A DNA stretch of 64,000 bases from Octopus vulgaris (lineage: Eukaryota), in the NCBI GenBank assembly GCA_951406725.2, contig OX597820.1:80476001-80540000 (forward strand). The letters are read 5' to 3'. This document shows, one piece after another, positions 1 through 12,596 of this stretch. The stretch's first letter is position 1. Every line of letters starts with the position of its first letter. Both the position numbers and the translations under genes were made by a program. The notes below the pieces were generated by a model. The model was given only the letters and a program-made list of their open reading frames with translations. It made no database searches and was not told where the DNA came from.

Positions 1-76
1 TATATATTCACACATATATGTATACATATATATATTCACACACAGATATGTATTCATACGTATATACACACACACG

Positions 77-126
<50 letters not shown>

Positions 127-335
127 CATAGATATATATACATACGCGCGCGCATATACACACATACATATACATACATATGCGCGCGCGCATACACACA
201 CACACACTATTTATGATGACCTACTCCAAAAAGGTGTATGATGTCTTAATAGATATGTATATCCATGGTTTGTGCAGTACATATTTTTATGTATGTATAC
301 ACAAGTGCGTATGTTTGTTTATGTGTACGTATATA

Positions 336-371
<36 letters not shown>

Positions 372-454
372 TGTATATTCTTTTTCTCTTATCGGTTTCA
401 GCTCAAAACTGCGGCCATACTGGGGCACCGCCGTTTTGCTACGCTGTTATCATT

Positions 455-1100
455 GAGAGCTTCCTCTGATATGTGGCATTTGGTCAAAAAGGGAGCTTGA
501 TGTCGCTGTCCTCATTTGCATCTCCTGCCGCAGGATAGGTTCATCTGGGACTTTCGACAGGAAGAGATCCAGTTCTGATTTGAAAACATCTACATCAACT
601 TCGTGTATGTCTGTCAGGCTCTCTGGGAGAATATTAAAATGCTGTGGGCCCTTGAAACCCAGGCAGTTGCAGTAACTAGTCCTGATGTGCAGTGGCAACC
701 CGTTCTAGCATTTGTGTAGCTTTCAAATTCCAAAATTTGACACAATTCCTTCCAGGATCTTCGAGATGCATATTACCGCATATCTCTCCCGCCTTCGCTC
801 CAGGGAGTGGAGTCTTAGCTGTTTCAGCTTTTACCAGTAGCTCAGCTGTCCTAATGAGACGATCTTCTTTGTGAAGCTTCGCTGGATTGCTTCAAGATTT
901 GCTGTTAATTTGAGTGACCATAGTTGGGAGCAGTAGCTCAAGCGGATGAGGAAGAATGTCCTCAAGAGGCCCATCATGGTTGCCTTCTTTCTGGTTCTGA
1001 AGGTTCTCATGATCCAGCTAGCCGTCTGTATTTTGTCACCATTTTGGTAATGTGAGAGTTTTCATCACTCATGTCGATACCCAGGTTACGCATTGACTTA
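455..1100 (-). mobile_element. Decayed CR1-group (CR1/L2-like) LINE, 3' part of ORF2 (RT C-terminus)
   Basis: Minus-strand translation across frameshifts gives WIMRTFRTR..., YCSQLWS...LEAIQRSFTK, LERRRERY and ORF 450-698 FKGPQHFNILP...FKSELDLFLSKVPDEP, motifs typical of the CR1-group ORF2 C-terminus. Confidence 0.75.
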
Positions 1101-1161
1101 GGTACTGCAGGGCTTTTCCAACATTAAACAGTATATTATAGTCCTCAGCTCATCTGTATAC

Positions 1162-1197
<36 letters not shown>

Positions 1198-1310
1198 AGA
1201 GCCCATCTGTATAGATAGATAGATAGATAGATAGCCATACGAACACGCAAAATCAGATGCATACAGAAAGATATATAGAAACATGTATACATTTATTAGC
1301 ATTAAAGAAC

Positions 1311-1641
1311 TGGTACTCCGTCGGTTACGACGACGAGTTTTCCAGTTGATCCGATCAACGGAACAGCCTGTTCGTGAAATCAACATACAAGTGACAGAGC
1401 ACTCCACAGACACGCTTGGCCTTAAATCTAGTTTTCAGGGACATTCAGCGTGACACAGAAAGTGACAAGGCTAACTCAATAAAATACAGGTATAAATCAT
1501 TTTTGTCAGTTGAATGAACTGGAGCAATGTGAAATAAGGTGTCTTGCTCAAGGACAGAACGCCTCGCCGGGAATCGAACCCATGACCTTACAATCATGCA
1601 ATCGTAAACCGAACATGCTAACCACGAAGCCACGCACCTTC
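1311..1641 (-). mobile_element. tRNA-derived SINE, head type 2 + tail X
   Basis: Revcomp: A-box tggcttcgtggttag, B-box gggttcgattcc, then gtccttgagcaagacac...; 3' part matches the tail gcaggctgttccgttgatcggatcaactggaa...cgtaaccgacggagt shared with 9281, 23463 and 52104. Confidence 0.85.
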
Positions 1642-1662
1642 ACTATTTTTTCAAATTTATTT

Positions 1663-1966
1663 ATGCGCACTTTTAAAGCCTAGCCAGGCTCATGGGCCCG
1701 GTTCCCCGGTTTCTATGGCGTATGTGTTCCCCCCAGCTTGACGGGACGCCAGTCCATCGCAGCGTTACTCAAGAAACTGGAAGAAAGAGTGAGAGAAAGT
1801 TGGGGTGATAGAGTACAACAGGAGTCGCCAGCACCCCCTGCTGGAGCCTCGTGGTGCCTTAGGTGTTTTCGCTCAATAAACACACACAACACCCGGTATG
1901 GGAATTGAACCCACGATTCTCCGACCGCGAGTCTGCTGCCCTAACCACTGGGCCATTGCGCCTCCA
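1663..1966 (-). mobile_element. tRNA-derived SINE, head type 1 + tail Y
   Basis: Revcomp begins ggaggcgcaatggcccagtggttagggcagc (A box), B-box ggttcaattcc; tail gagtaacgctgcgatggactggcgtcccgtc...gggcccatgagcctggctaggctttaaaag, as at 54186 and 60331. Confidence 0.85.
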
Positions 1967-2213
1967 CTCTTCACTTGTATTACTGACATATAAGAGAAGG
2001 CTAGGGACGGCGAGTGATAAAGAAATGGTGGGATAAAAACGCTGAGATATATCCATCTTTATACAAGTATAAATAAATACATAAAATATACAAAAATACT
2101 TGGCTTTATATCAGCGAACATTCACGTATATTTCCATGTGTATTTAGAGATAAAAAACAGTGCAGTTTATCAAATTCGCTTGTATCAATGATGCATTGAG
2201 CCACTTCTGTTTC

Positions 2214-2281
<68 letters not shown>

Positions 2282-2323
2282 TGCATATATATACACATAT
2301 ATATAGGTATATGTACATATTTA

Positions 2324-2408
<85 letters not shown>

Positions 2409-2610
2409 TATATATATATATATATATAAGCATATGTGGGCACAGGACGTCACGAAACGTGTACAAAAAAAAGACGAAGTACGAGTACATGGAACATAAA
2501 CTATTTTTTCGAACAACGAAAGACACAAATGGAAAACAAGACAAACAACAGAAAGAACGACCCTTCATCAGTTATTGTGTGTTTTGTGTGTGTGTGCGTG
2601 TGCGTGTGTT

Positions 2611-2684
<74 letters not shown>

Positions 2685-2686
<2 letters not shown>

Positions 2687-2905
2687 GAGGTGCAATGGCC
2701 CAGTGGTGAGGGCAACGGGCTCGCAGTTTCGATTCTCAGACTGAGTGTTGTGGGTGTTTAAAAAGCGGAATCACGCTGAATCTCCCCGAGAACTACGTGA
2801 AGGGTACACGTGTCTGTGGAGCGCTCAGCCACGTTAATTTCATGAGCAGGCTGTTCCGTCGATCGGATCAACTGCAACCCTCGTCATCGTAACCGAAAGA
2901 GTGCT
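2685..2905 (+). mobile_element. Internally deleted SINE (head 1 + tail X)
   Basis: tggaggtgcaatggcccagtgg head joined to tcacgctgaatctccccgagaactacg...cgtaaccga tail. Confidence 0.8.
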
Positions 2906-3409
2906 ACGACGCGATATATATATATATGTACTGTTGTGTCTGGGGAGAGTCATTCTCTTTTGGTGCCTTATAATTTAACACACTCACCGGCAAAATTTCC
3001 ACTTATTTCTTTTATTATGTTTCTAAAATTTTCGTTGCGTCTTGCAACCTTTCCAATAATCGTTGAATATATTAACTATTACAATCGTTATTGTAACTAG
3101 CATAATTATTATAGCTAGTAAGTTGTGTTTATTTAAATCGTTTAAACGCATATTTTATCAAGTGTGGGCATTTTAGAGCCTGTTCCCGTCTAGTCTTTAT
3201 AAGAGTAAATTTAGAAGTGAAAATTTGGTACTTTTCTTCTACACAAAAGTTTCGTCTATTATCGCCTATGCTATCAGTTTTCGCCTCACTAATTACTTAC
3301 GAAGCAATCGAAAATATTTTGTTACATTCTTTTAGTGCCCAACAAGGCTAGTAGTAATTCATTTTGTTCCTATATAGCTGAACGAATTTAAATGATTGAT
3401 AATTCTTTG

Positions 3410-3895
3410 GACCCGAAAGGATAAAAGGCAAAGTCGACCTCGGCGGAATTTGAACTCAGAACGTTCAGACAGACGAAATACCTATTTGTTTACTACCCAC
3501 AAGGGAATAAACACAGAGGGGACAAACAAGGACGGACAAATGGATTAAGTCGATTATATCGACCCCAGTGCGTAACTGGTACTTATTTATTCGACCACAA
3601 AGGGATGAAAGGCAAAGTCAACCTCGGCGGAATTTGAACTCAGAATGTAACAGCAGACGAAATACCTACTTCTTTATTACCCACAAGGGGCTAAACACAG
3701 ACGGGACAAACAAGGACAAACATAGGTATTAAGTCGATTACATCGACCCCAGTGCGTAACTGGCACTTAATTTATCGACCCCGAAAGGAAGAAAGGCAAA
3801 GTCGACCTCGGCGGAATTTGAACTCAGAACGTAACGGCAGCGAAATACCGCTAAGCATTTCCCCCGGCGCACTAACGTTTCTGCCAGCTCGCCTT
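3410..3895 (-). mobile_element. SINE family B, one full unit followed by headless tandem units (~182 bp period)
   Basis: Revcomp aaggcgagctggcagaaacgttag head, B-box gagttcaaattcc, core gtcgactttgcctttcatcctttcggggtcgataaattaagtaccag (resembles the Meta/MESC SINE core, from memory); body occurs 3 times, the last partial. Confidence 0.85.
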
Positions 3896-4584
3896 TTATA
3901 TCTATAGATATAAATTTAACATGGGCGATTCTTTCTTGTCTTGGGATTCACGGTCAAACGGCTGGGTAGAATTGCGCAAAAAATTACACAGATGTGGAGA
4001 ATGATCTGGTGGTGATGCTGGGCTTTGTATTTTTTCATAGCTCCCATGGTTACCGAGATAATCTACTATAATAATACTCTTGTGTTTATGAATGAGAAAG
4101 GAAGGAGTGATAGATGAATAAGGAAGGAAGGAGGGGTGATGTCATACTTGGTAATGGGATCATGAAAATTGTACACTGAAATAAATAAATCAAACAGCGT
4201 TTCAACTCTGTGTGAATATATGTGGGTGTATGTAAAAGGGAGTATGTGAATGTGCGTGTGTATGTGTGCGTGTGTGTATTTGTGTGTTTGTGTGTGTACG
4301 TGTGTGTGCGCGCAATGGAAGTGGGATGGTTCATCTTTATTCGCTTAGTATTTGAGTTTATTTTTTGATTTTGGTTGAATCTTGGTTGTTGCTGTTTTTT
4401 TTGGGGGGGGGGTCAGTTATTTTTAGCGTTTTGACAGAAAAATAGACATTCTAAAATTGTTTTTTTCAACACAAGCATGCACAAACAAGTCGAATCCTTA
4501 CATAGAGCAGGTTTTAAAGCCACATCATCTAAATCGATCGGGTGAAATCGGGTTTAGCTGCTAGTATATGTATATGATCAACCG

Positions 4585-4762
4585 CTAGCCACTAAAGCTT
4601 TTTGTATTCTCTCTCTGTTTATTTTCTCCTGCTCCTTTCTGTTGAAGAGCGTAGGCTCGAAACGTAAAAGACTTTCTCGTCCTCCCGAGCGCGTTAAACT
4701 AATACACGTGTTCGTTGTTTACACACCTGTCTTCGTCTTTTGCTTTTTTGTAAATTCCAACC

Positions 4763-4765
<3 letters not shown>
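4585..4765 (+). mobile_element. Short Penelope-like terminal repeat with variant minimal hammerhead
   Basis: cttt-CTGTTGA-a-gagc gtag gctc-GAAA-c g-TA-aaag at 4635-4670; same repeat at 22080-22237 and 41700-41875, each ending at (TA)n. Confidence 0.65.
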
Positions 4766-4789
<24 letters not shown>

Positions 4790-4793
<4 letters not shown>

Positions 4794-6063
4794 CAGAAAG
4801 TTAAAATTTGGTCAAAGAGTTACCATTGGTTTCTCATCTACGAAAGCCACATCCTTGTAGACAGCCCATCAGTCTCTTTACAAAGACAAAATTTAACTTT
4901 CTATCTCCCGGACATGAGGTAACGCGAGGATAACGAAGTTTAACGGCTAACGTATAAAAACGTCAATGAGGACGGGTTATCTTCCCTGGACGAGAAGATA
5001 AAATATCTTTACAGACTCGTAATAATCTAACCAGCAAACGGGGAGATTCAATTTCCCAGTAGGTAGCGCTTGAAATTGACACATTTAGAAAAAATTTCTT
5101 TACGTCTATTTAACGCGCCAGGTTAAGCGTAGTCCTTAAGAATTTTGGTTCGCACCGCGATGCAATTTTTGCAACTGCCACTCCCATTAATATATGGGCC
5201 TGGATGTTCTTTTATTTTCCACCTGATATCACATGGGGGTCTCTTGATCTATGAGGTGCCACACATGGCTATCTAGGGACGTGGCAAAACGTCTTTGTGG
5301 GACTCTGAAGGATGACTGGTGGTTCGCGAAGCGTCGTTTGAAAGATGTACTGGCTGATCTGATATATTTACAAACTTGGGAGGTGGTTATATTCGCAGTT
5401 CTGGTATATCTCTGGTGGGCTCCGGGCGTGGTGATGCTGTTGGTAACACCGTTGCTGACGTTGGCGTTATGGCGCAATGATCCGGCGGTGTTATCTCCGT
5501 GGTTACCGTTTCTGGTCATATGGTTGGCAATGATGTTGCCGGTGTTAGTGGTAACATATGGTGCGGGGCCGGTCACTCCATCAGTGTCAATGACAATTTT
5601 TGGTCATCGTCTGTGGTGGTGGTACTTGAGTCACCGGTTACCTCCCGGACTGGTCATCACCTCTGCCTGTGGCTACTGTACTGGCATAAGAGCTGGTTAA
5701 TATGTTAATACTGCTGATGGATGGTACACTACTTGTAATGCGGATAGCAGGTCTAGGTGTCACCGTACCATTATAGATGACACCTTCGGCCTTGCATTGG
5801 TCTCCTACTGGACTGTTATTGTATACCCTGAAAGAGCAACACTTGTTTTGTGGGTGCTAGATAAAATGCTTTTTATGTTAGGCACAAAACTGAAGGTTGT
5901 GCCTGTTAAATAAATGCCTGTATTTATGTGTGTGTGTGAAATGCTCATTTATTAATCTAAGGAGAATACTTCCCACGCAAGTCTTGACGTGGAGTGAGAA
6001 GAGTGGAGCAAACCAAACGACGTTTCTGCGACGTTTCGTTTTCTGGGTGCTAGGGCTTGGCAT
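4790..6063 (-). mobile_element. 5'-truncated Penelope-like element: RT thumb/linker + GIY-YIG endonuclease remnant + 3' repeat
   Basis: ORF 5878-6063 RRRNVVWFAPLFSLHVKTCVGSILLRLINEHF...HKYRHLFNRHN (PLE thumb), then PVGDQCKAEGVIYNGTVT, and ORF 5229-5576 KYIRSASTSFKRRFANHQSSF...TSLDSHVWHL (YIG/R/H motifs); stops and frameshifts present. Confidence 0.8.
4814..4879 (-). ncRNA. Type I hammerhead ribozyme motif in the PLE 3' repeat (one core substitution)
   Basis: Revcomp: aaagag-a CTGATGG g ctgtctac...gtagatga GAA acca a tggt A a-ctcttt; stem I aaagag/ctcttt, stem II gtctac/gtagat, stem III acca/tggt. Confidence 0.7.
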
Positions 6064-6318
6064 GTAGGAGATGGCATGTAGGAGATGCCAGTGGCTCGTT
6101 GTAGTAAGGGGTAGCAGTGTCGAAGATATCTTGGATAGAGGATAGATTCGAGACCCTCTTGCTTACACCTTTCACTATGGTCTTGAAAATTTTAGCGGGA
6201 AGGTAGGGGGCTGTGTTAATATAGGACAGCTTCTCGTTTTGGCTTGTGATAGGGCTTGTATATACCAGAGCCCAGATCTAAAGTAACACACACACATACA
6301 CACACACATATATATATA

Positions 6319-6379
<61 letters not shown>

Positions 6380-6490
6380 GCATGTACATGTATTTGTCTG
6401 TGTATGTATGTATGTGTATGTGTGTACATCTGCGTGTGCATACATTTACGGACATACATAATGTATGATATTATTTTTATTATCATTACT

Positions 6491-7045
6491 GAGTGAGAGA
6501 GCAGTACATGTCATCAAAGTGACACTGGGGTACAATTATGCGAAGCCCAGTATACCCATCATAACTGCCCATCTGATAAGGTTACACTAGGCACATGCAT
6601 CACAACCATATGTCATGGTGATTTCATATCAAGATAAACAATGTATGACCTTGCCGGGGGGTGGGGCTATTAGAAGTTTCCTCAGGTCGAGTAGCCCATC
6701 CTGTTCAAATGGTCCTTCAATAAGAGTTGTTTAAGAATGTGGAACAAAACACTCATATTTCCAGAGGTGAATTATTTAAACCCCAAAGAATTCCTGTCAA
6801 TAAATAGCTATGATGCTCCCCCACTCCTTCTGATCATGATCAGAGATGCACATATCGTCAGCCACCAAAGGGTTCATGCTCAACTGGTTAAGGTCAAACA
6901 ACTGACAAGCAAATCTGTGGTATTGAGTAGAATATTTGCTGTAGCCCATCTTTTATGCCAAGAGAAAACAATGTACATGATAACACTTCCAATCAGTTAA
7001 GATCAGAAGCCATGAGAACCGCTGTCTGGTACTGCATCAAAGCAT
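6491..7045 (-). mobile_element. ~550 bp non-coding repeat family D embedded in (TAA)n
   Basis: Aligns end-to-end in reverse with 46495-47043 and partly with 7990-8160; all copies flanked by TAA/TTA repeats; no tRNA head or ORF seen. Confidence 0.8.
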
Positions 7046-7056
7046 TATCATCATCA

Positions 7057-7132
<76 letters not shown>

Positions 7133-7133
<1 letters not shown>

Positions 7134-7822
7134 GCCTTTGCACAGCTTCCAACGCTGGAGATGTACTACAGTGCTAGCTGTTCACTACCAGTGAACTAAG
7201 GTAACATCTCTTATTTTTCGAGCACTTTCCGGAGTATTCGAGAGGTTTCAAGCAGTGCTGTTTTCTGCAAGTGCTCCATTCTTATTGCAGCCCCCATTTG
7301 TTCCATGTACTTCTCAAGATTTTTACTCACAGGGCTCCGACAATTATTGGTACTACTCCCACCTTCTTCATCGACCACAACTGCTTTACCTCTCAAGCTA
7401 ACCTGTCATAGCTATCGACTTTTCTTATCGCATACTTTGTTGTCAGCTGGGCATGCTATATCTATGATCCAGCATGGTTTGCTTTCTTTCTCAATTAAGA
7501 CTATGCCTGGCTTCCTATTCTCTATCTCATGGTCGCACTGAAACATAAAATCCCACAGGACCTTTGCATTATCATTTTCGATGATGCTTTCAGGTTTGTG
7601 GTCGTACCAATTTTTTGTTCTGTCAAGTCCATATTGGTTGAAAAGTTTCCAATGGACAAGCCTTGCTATATTATCGAAGCGTCTCTTATATTCCTTCTGG
7701 GCTAGTGGCGTACATTGGCTGGTAATATGCCATACGGTTTCATAGCTTTGTCCACAGATTCTACACTTATCACTTTCTGATATGTTGTGTATTCTGTATT
7801 TTATATAGTTTGTTCTAACTCT
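7133..7822 (-). mobile_element. R4/Dong-clade non-LTR retrotransposon 3' end (CCHC knuckle + RLE endonuclease)
   Basis: ORF 7412-7873 KCRICGQSYETVWHITSQC...KRRFDNIARLVHW...LWDF...RKPGIVLI...IIDIACP and ORF 7211-7396 LQKTALLETSRILRKVL; 3' end abuts (TAA)n, the known Dong target. Confidence 0.85.
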
Positions 7823-7906
7823 GCGTGCCGTGGGTATGTGCTGTGTTTTGAAGTTATTATTTTGAGACAACACCTTCTCCGAGCTCTCTGCATGTAAATA
7901 TTGCTC

Positions 7907-7970
<64 letters not shown>

Positions 7971-7989
7971 CATCATCATTATTATTATT

Positions 7990-8158
7990 GAGTGAGATAG
8001 CAGTGCATGCCATCAAAGTGACACTGGGGTAAAATATACGAAGCCCAGTATACCCATCATGACTACCCGTCTGATAATGGTACACCAGGCACATGCATCA
8101 CAACCATATGTGCACGACAAGGTGATCTCATATCAAGATAAACAATGCATGACCTTGC

Positions 8159-8160
<2 letters not shown>
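7990..8160 (-). mobile_element. Truncated copy of repeat family D in (TAA)n
   Basis: gagtgagatagcagtgcatgccatcaaagtgacactgggg... matches 6491-6655; TTA repeats on both sides. Confidence 0.8.
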
Positions 8161-8231
<71 letters not shown>

Positions 8232-9280
8232 GTTTGATTTTTGCTTTGTATTTGTACAAGTTGACTCCAAGTCCCACCCAGACACCTCAAGAGACATCGA
8301 TTTCAAAGTTCAAGTCCGTGTTATGCCTAGGGTGCCATATATTTCGTTTTGCACAAAGTATTTTAAGAAAACATAAGCAAGTTATGAGTTTGTTATAAAA
8401 TTTGTGATAACATTTTACGTAGGATAAGGGCAGTACTATTCCGTGAGTACTATTTTTTGAATTTCTATTATCATCATTATTATTGTTGATGTTGTTGTTG
8501 TTGTTGTTATTATTATTGTTGTTGTTAATGTTTGTGTTTATGGGAAGTTATATATAAAACAATTTAGCATTGAATTGAAGAATTCTCGCTACGTATCATT
8601 TTCTGTTTACTACCTGAAATTCCGAAGACAATGTCAAATTTTTCCTTCTCTATCTATCTGTCTCTCTCTCTCTCACTTGCTCTGTCTCTCTTTACCTCTC
8701 TCTTCCACCCCACACACATATACACATACATACATACATACATACATACATACATACATGCATACATACATACACATACATACATACATACATACATACA
8801 TACATACATACATACATACATACATGTGTCTGTGCATATATATATATATGTATGCATATCTGTACGTACGCAATGTATACACATACACATATTTTTCCCT
8901 CGCATTTTGTCATAAATTCAAAATTCCTCTTATGAAACAAAATTTTCAAAAATTTGACTTTTTACCCCACCACCCGCCAGAACCGATTTCGGACAATTTT
9001 TTCCTTGTAGAAACCTTGTAGAAAACAACTTCTTTTATACATCGTTATGCATGAAAACACAGCGGAGATAATTTAGTATGATTTAACGCCTTCCTATAAT
9101 TTTGGTGTCATTGGATTAAAACTATTATTCACACTTCTGCAAGCATTCGAACATTTTGACAAGTTCGCTTTGGATTATAAATTCGATAAAAATCGAAACA
9201 TTGACATTTATCTGTACTAACCACTCATTTGAAAATCTCTGAGAGAACATCTATCAAGTTCTAGTTATTATATTATTGGG

Positions 9281-9654
9281 TGGAAGTGCAATGGCCCAGT
9301 GGTTAGGGAAGCGGACTGGTGCGATCGTGGTTTCGATTCCCAGACCGGACGTTGTGAGTGTTTATTGAGCAAAAACACCTAAAGCTCCACTTTTCTCCGG
9401 CAGTGGGTGGTGGTGACACCTGCTGTGCTCTTTCACCACACATTTCTCTCATTCTTTCTTCCTGTTTCTGTTGTATCTGTATTTCAAAAGTGCCAGCCTA
9501 GCCACACTCTGTATCACGCTGAATCTCTCCGAGAACTACGTTAAGTTTACAGGTATCTGTAGAGTACTCAGCCACTTGCTCGTTAATTTCAAGAGCAGGC
9601 TGTTCCGTTGATCGGATCAACTGGAACCCTCGTCGTCGTAACCGACGGAGTACC
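9281..9654 (+). mobile_element. tRNA-derived SINE, head 1 + tail X
   Basis: tggaagtgcaatggcccagtggttaggg...tttcgattcccagaccgg...cgtcgtaaccgacggagtacc. Confidence 0.9.
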
Positions 9655-10110
9655 ACGAAGTTATTATTGCATTACATAAACTTTACAAAACCTTGTTCCT
9701 CTTCAGTGCCATTATCTCTCTCGCCCTTTCTCGCTCTCTCCCTATCTCCCTCCCTTCCTCTCTCTCTCCCTCTCTTTCTCTCCTCACCGGTTGATTTCTA
9801 TATAAACCTTCAGTTATTGGTTGAAGTAAGTACACTCGTATTGCATCATGTCTGTCATTTTTTTAATTGATTCAGTCATGGGATTGCGGCCATGCTAGAG
9901 CATAGTCTTGAAGGTTTTTAGTCGAACCAATTCAACCCAGGACTGAGTTTTCTGTTTTTTATCATTTTTTTTTTTGAAGTTTGGTACTTATTCTATCGCC
10001 GCTTTTGCCAAACCGCTAAGTTACGAGGACATAATCAAAGCTATAGCGGTTGTCAAACGAGGTGGGAAACAATAACACACACACATACACTCACACACAC
10101 ACATACATAC

Positions 10111-10549
10111 AGGCGCAGGAGTGGCTGTGTGGTAAATAGCTTACTTCCCAACCACGTGGATCCGGGTTCATTCCCACTGCGTGGCACCATAGGCAAGGGT
10201 CTTCTACTATAGCCTCGGGCCGACCAAAGCCTTGTGAGTGGATTTGGTAGACAGAAATTGAAAGAAGCCCGTCGTATATCTATATCTATACAAATATATA
10301 TATATGTGTGTGTATGTGTGTGAGTGTGTGTTTGTGTCTCTGAGTGTGTGTGTTTGTGTGTATGTGTTTGTTCCCCCACCATCGCTCGACAACTGATGTT
10401 GGTGTGTTTACGTCCCCGTAACTTAGCGGTTCGGCAGAAGAACCGATAGAATAAGTACAACGCTTACAAAGAATGTCTTGTGGTCGATTTGTTCGACTAA
10501 AGGCGGTGCTCCAGCATGTCCGCAGTCAAATAACTGAAAAAAATAAAAG

Positions 10550-10550
<1 letters not shown>
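10111..10550 (+). mobile_element. SINE family C (tRNA head, CORE-like segment, internal microsatellite), full length
   Basis: ggcgcaggagtggctgtgtggtaa (A box), gggttcattccc (B box), ggcaccataggcaagggtcttctactatagcc, internal (TA/TG)n, tail ggcggtgctccagcatgtccgcagtc. Other copies or fragments: 9860-10060(-), 13215-13410, 15150-15302(-), 27720-27890(-), 32838-33143(-), 41918-42310, 42820-43150, 44370-44520, 48240-48400(-), 53040-53570(-), 55415-55615, 61620-62005. Confidence 0.9.
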
Positions 10551-10626
<76 letters not shown>

Positions 10627-11089
10627 TGTATGTATGTATGTATGTATATATATATGGATGTACATAGTCAATACAAATAAACAATCATTTCAAAAAATCG
10701 AATAATAAAATTAACAATTAACGGACAACAAGACGATATACATAAGAAATGTATTATATTGATTGGGTCAGAGAAGTGCAAGAGAGAATGGTTAGGGAAG
10801 CGGACTGGTGCGAGCATAGCTATTCGTCAGAATGGAGAAAGGAAAAAAGTCCAAACAAGGAAAAGAAACCCCCAACAGCTTGTTTGTTTGTATTCCACCT
10901 GCCTTCGTCTTTTGTATATTTCCGTATACCTGCCTTCGTCTTTTGTCTATTTTCATAAAGCTTCCCGTTATATATAGTTTTGAAGTGGGCTGGTCTCTAG
11001 CTACATTTTGGCATAAAAATTGGGATTTGATCCAGTAGAAAAAAGTTTACATCAAAATTTGTAGCAACGTTTCAAGAAGTGCTGTTTTC

Positions 11090-11192
11090 TGCAGGTGCTC
11101 CACCCTTATTGCAACCCCTATTTGTTTCATGTAATTCTCAAGATTTTTACTCACTATTCCCAGGGCTCCGACAATTATTGGTACTACTACCA
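11090..11192 (-). mobile_element. Short R4/Dong 3' fragment
   Basis: Near-identical to 7250-7360 (VVPIIVGALGIVSKNLE...EHLQKTALL on the minus strand). Confidence 0.7.
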
Positions 11193-11252
11193 CACACAAA
11201 ACGGTGAAACTAATAAGTTGTTTCTTATTAAAAAAAAATTTCCTATGAATCT

Positions 11253-11296
<44 letters not shown>

Positions 11297-11329
11297 TGGA
11301 GACTTTGAACCGCACCCTTTATAGCATCA

Positions 11330-11714
11330 TTATAGCTATTTCTTCTATATCACAGTAAAGACACAGCATACAAAGCTATAGCGGTTGTCAAACAGGTAAG
11401 AGAGAATGAATTAACGGCAATCTATCATACAGTTTTAAGTACCTACGGACGTACGTTTCGAGATCAAGTCTTAGGAAAGCATAAGAATTCATGATTGTTT
11501 GTATCCTGCGCTGATGAAAGAAGAAGTATGGGTAAGGTAGAATTATCTAATTCTTATGCTTTCCTAAGACTTGATCTCGAAACGTACGTCCGTAGGTGAC
11601 TTAAAACTGTATGATAGATAGCCGTTAATTCATTCTCTCTTACCTGTTTGTGTTTGCCTTTCAAATGCTGTGTCTTTACTGTGATCTCCCTTTTAGTAGA
11701 AGAAATAGCTATAA
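11330..11714. repeat. Inverted repeat (~160 bp arms) of a Penelope-like terminal repeat
   Basis: 11330-11489 is the reverse complement of 11549-11714 with small indels; the spacer carries the 5' half of a hammerhead. Confidence 0.85.
11505..11596 (+). ncRNA. Type I hammerhead ribozyme motif, intact core
   Basis: cctgcg CTGATGA aaga...tctc GAA acgtacgt C cgtagg: stem I cctgcg/cgtagg (one G-U), palindromic stem III acgtacgt, GUC cleavage triplet. Confidence 0.8.
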
Positions 11715-11923
11715 TCTCTTTGACTGCTATTTCTAAATTCGGTGTGCGGTAAGGCAATTCGTTGCTAAACCCTTAATTGCTTAGTATTACTTAAATTTTC
11801 CTCGAATGAGGCTTTTACATGCCGAAGACTACTTGGTGTAATTGATAATTATTCCAAATTAATTAATTTCCCCCTTCATTGTTACTCATAACTATATATA
11901 TATATATATATATGCAGAAATAG

Positions 11924-11954
<31 letters not shown>

Positions 11955-11967
11955 GATAAATAGATAA

Positions 11968-12017
<50 letters not shown>

Positions 12018-12059
12018 TTATCCACACAGGGCCACACAGGGCTTAACACAGAGGAAGTA

Positions 12060-12170
12060 TTAGCTTGATGCTCAGAGAAAAGAGAAAATTTGACGTTTCG
12101 AGCATAGCTATTCGTCGGAATGGAGAAAGGAAAAAGTCCAAAGAAGGAAAATGACGTTGGGGGTGCGTGT
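12060..12170 (-). mobile_element. Penelope-like terminal repeat with degenerate minimal hammerhead
   Basis: Revcomp cCGACGA a tagc tat gctc GAAAC GTC; the related copy at 10811-10870 has CTGACGA. Confidence 0.55.
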
Positions 12171-12489
12171 ACACGAATAGATAACAAGATCACGTTTTCT
12201 TTAACAATTTGAATTCCCAAAAGAGGGAGAAAATATAACACTGGCTAGAGTTATCCGTGGAAAGGAAAACCTACGAAAAATAATCACGGTAACCTCGGCA
12301 AAAAAGAAAATCTATGACAGCAAAGTGCCCCCCCTCTCTCTTTCTGTTTGTTTTATAGATTAATGCTCAAGATTTTTACTCACTATTCCCAGGGCTCCGA
12401 CATTTTTGCTGCATTCACCCACGGTGAAACTAATAAAGTTGTTTCTTATTAAAAAAACATTTTTTCTCTATGTATGGAGACTTTGAATC

Positions 12490-12529
<40 letters not shown>

Positions 12530-12531
12530 GA

Positions 12532-12589
<58 letters not shown>

Positions 12590-12596
12590 TTAGCCT

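Noticed and set aside
5251-5700. 149 aa hydrophobic + strand ORF resembling a membrane protein
   Set aside because: Antisense shadow of the T/N-rich Penelope coding strand
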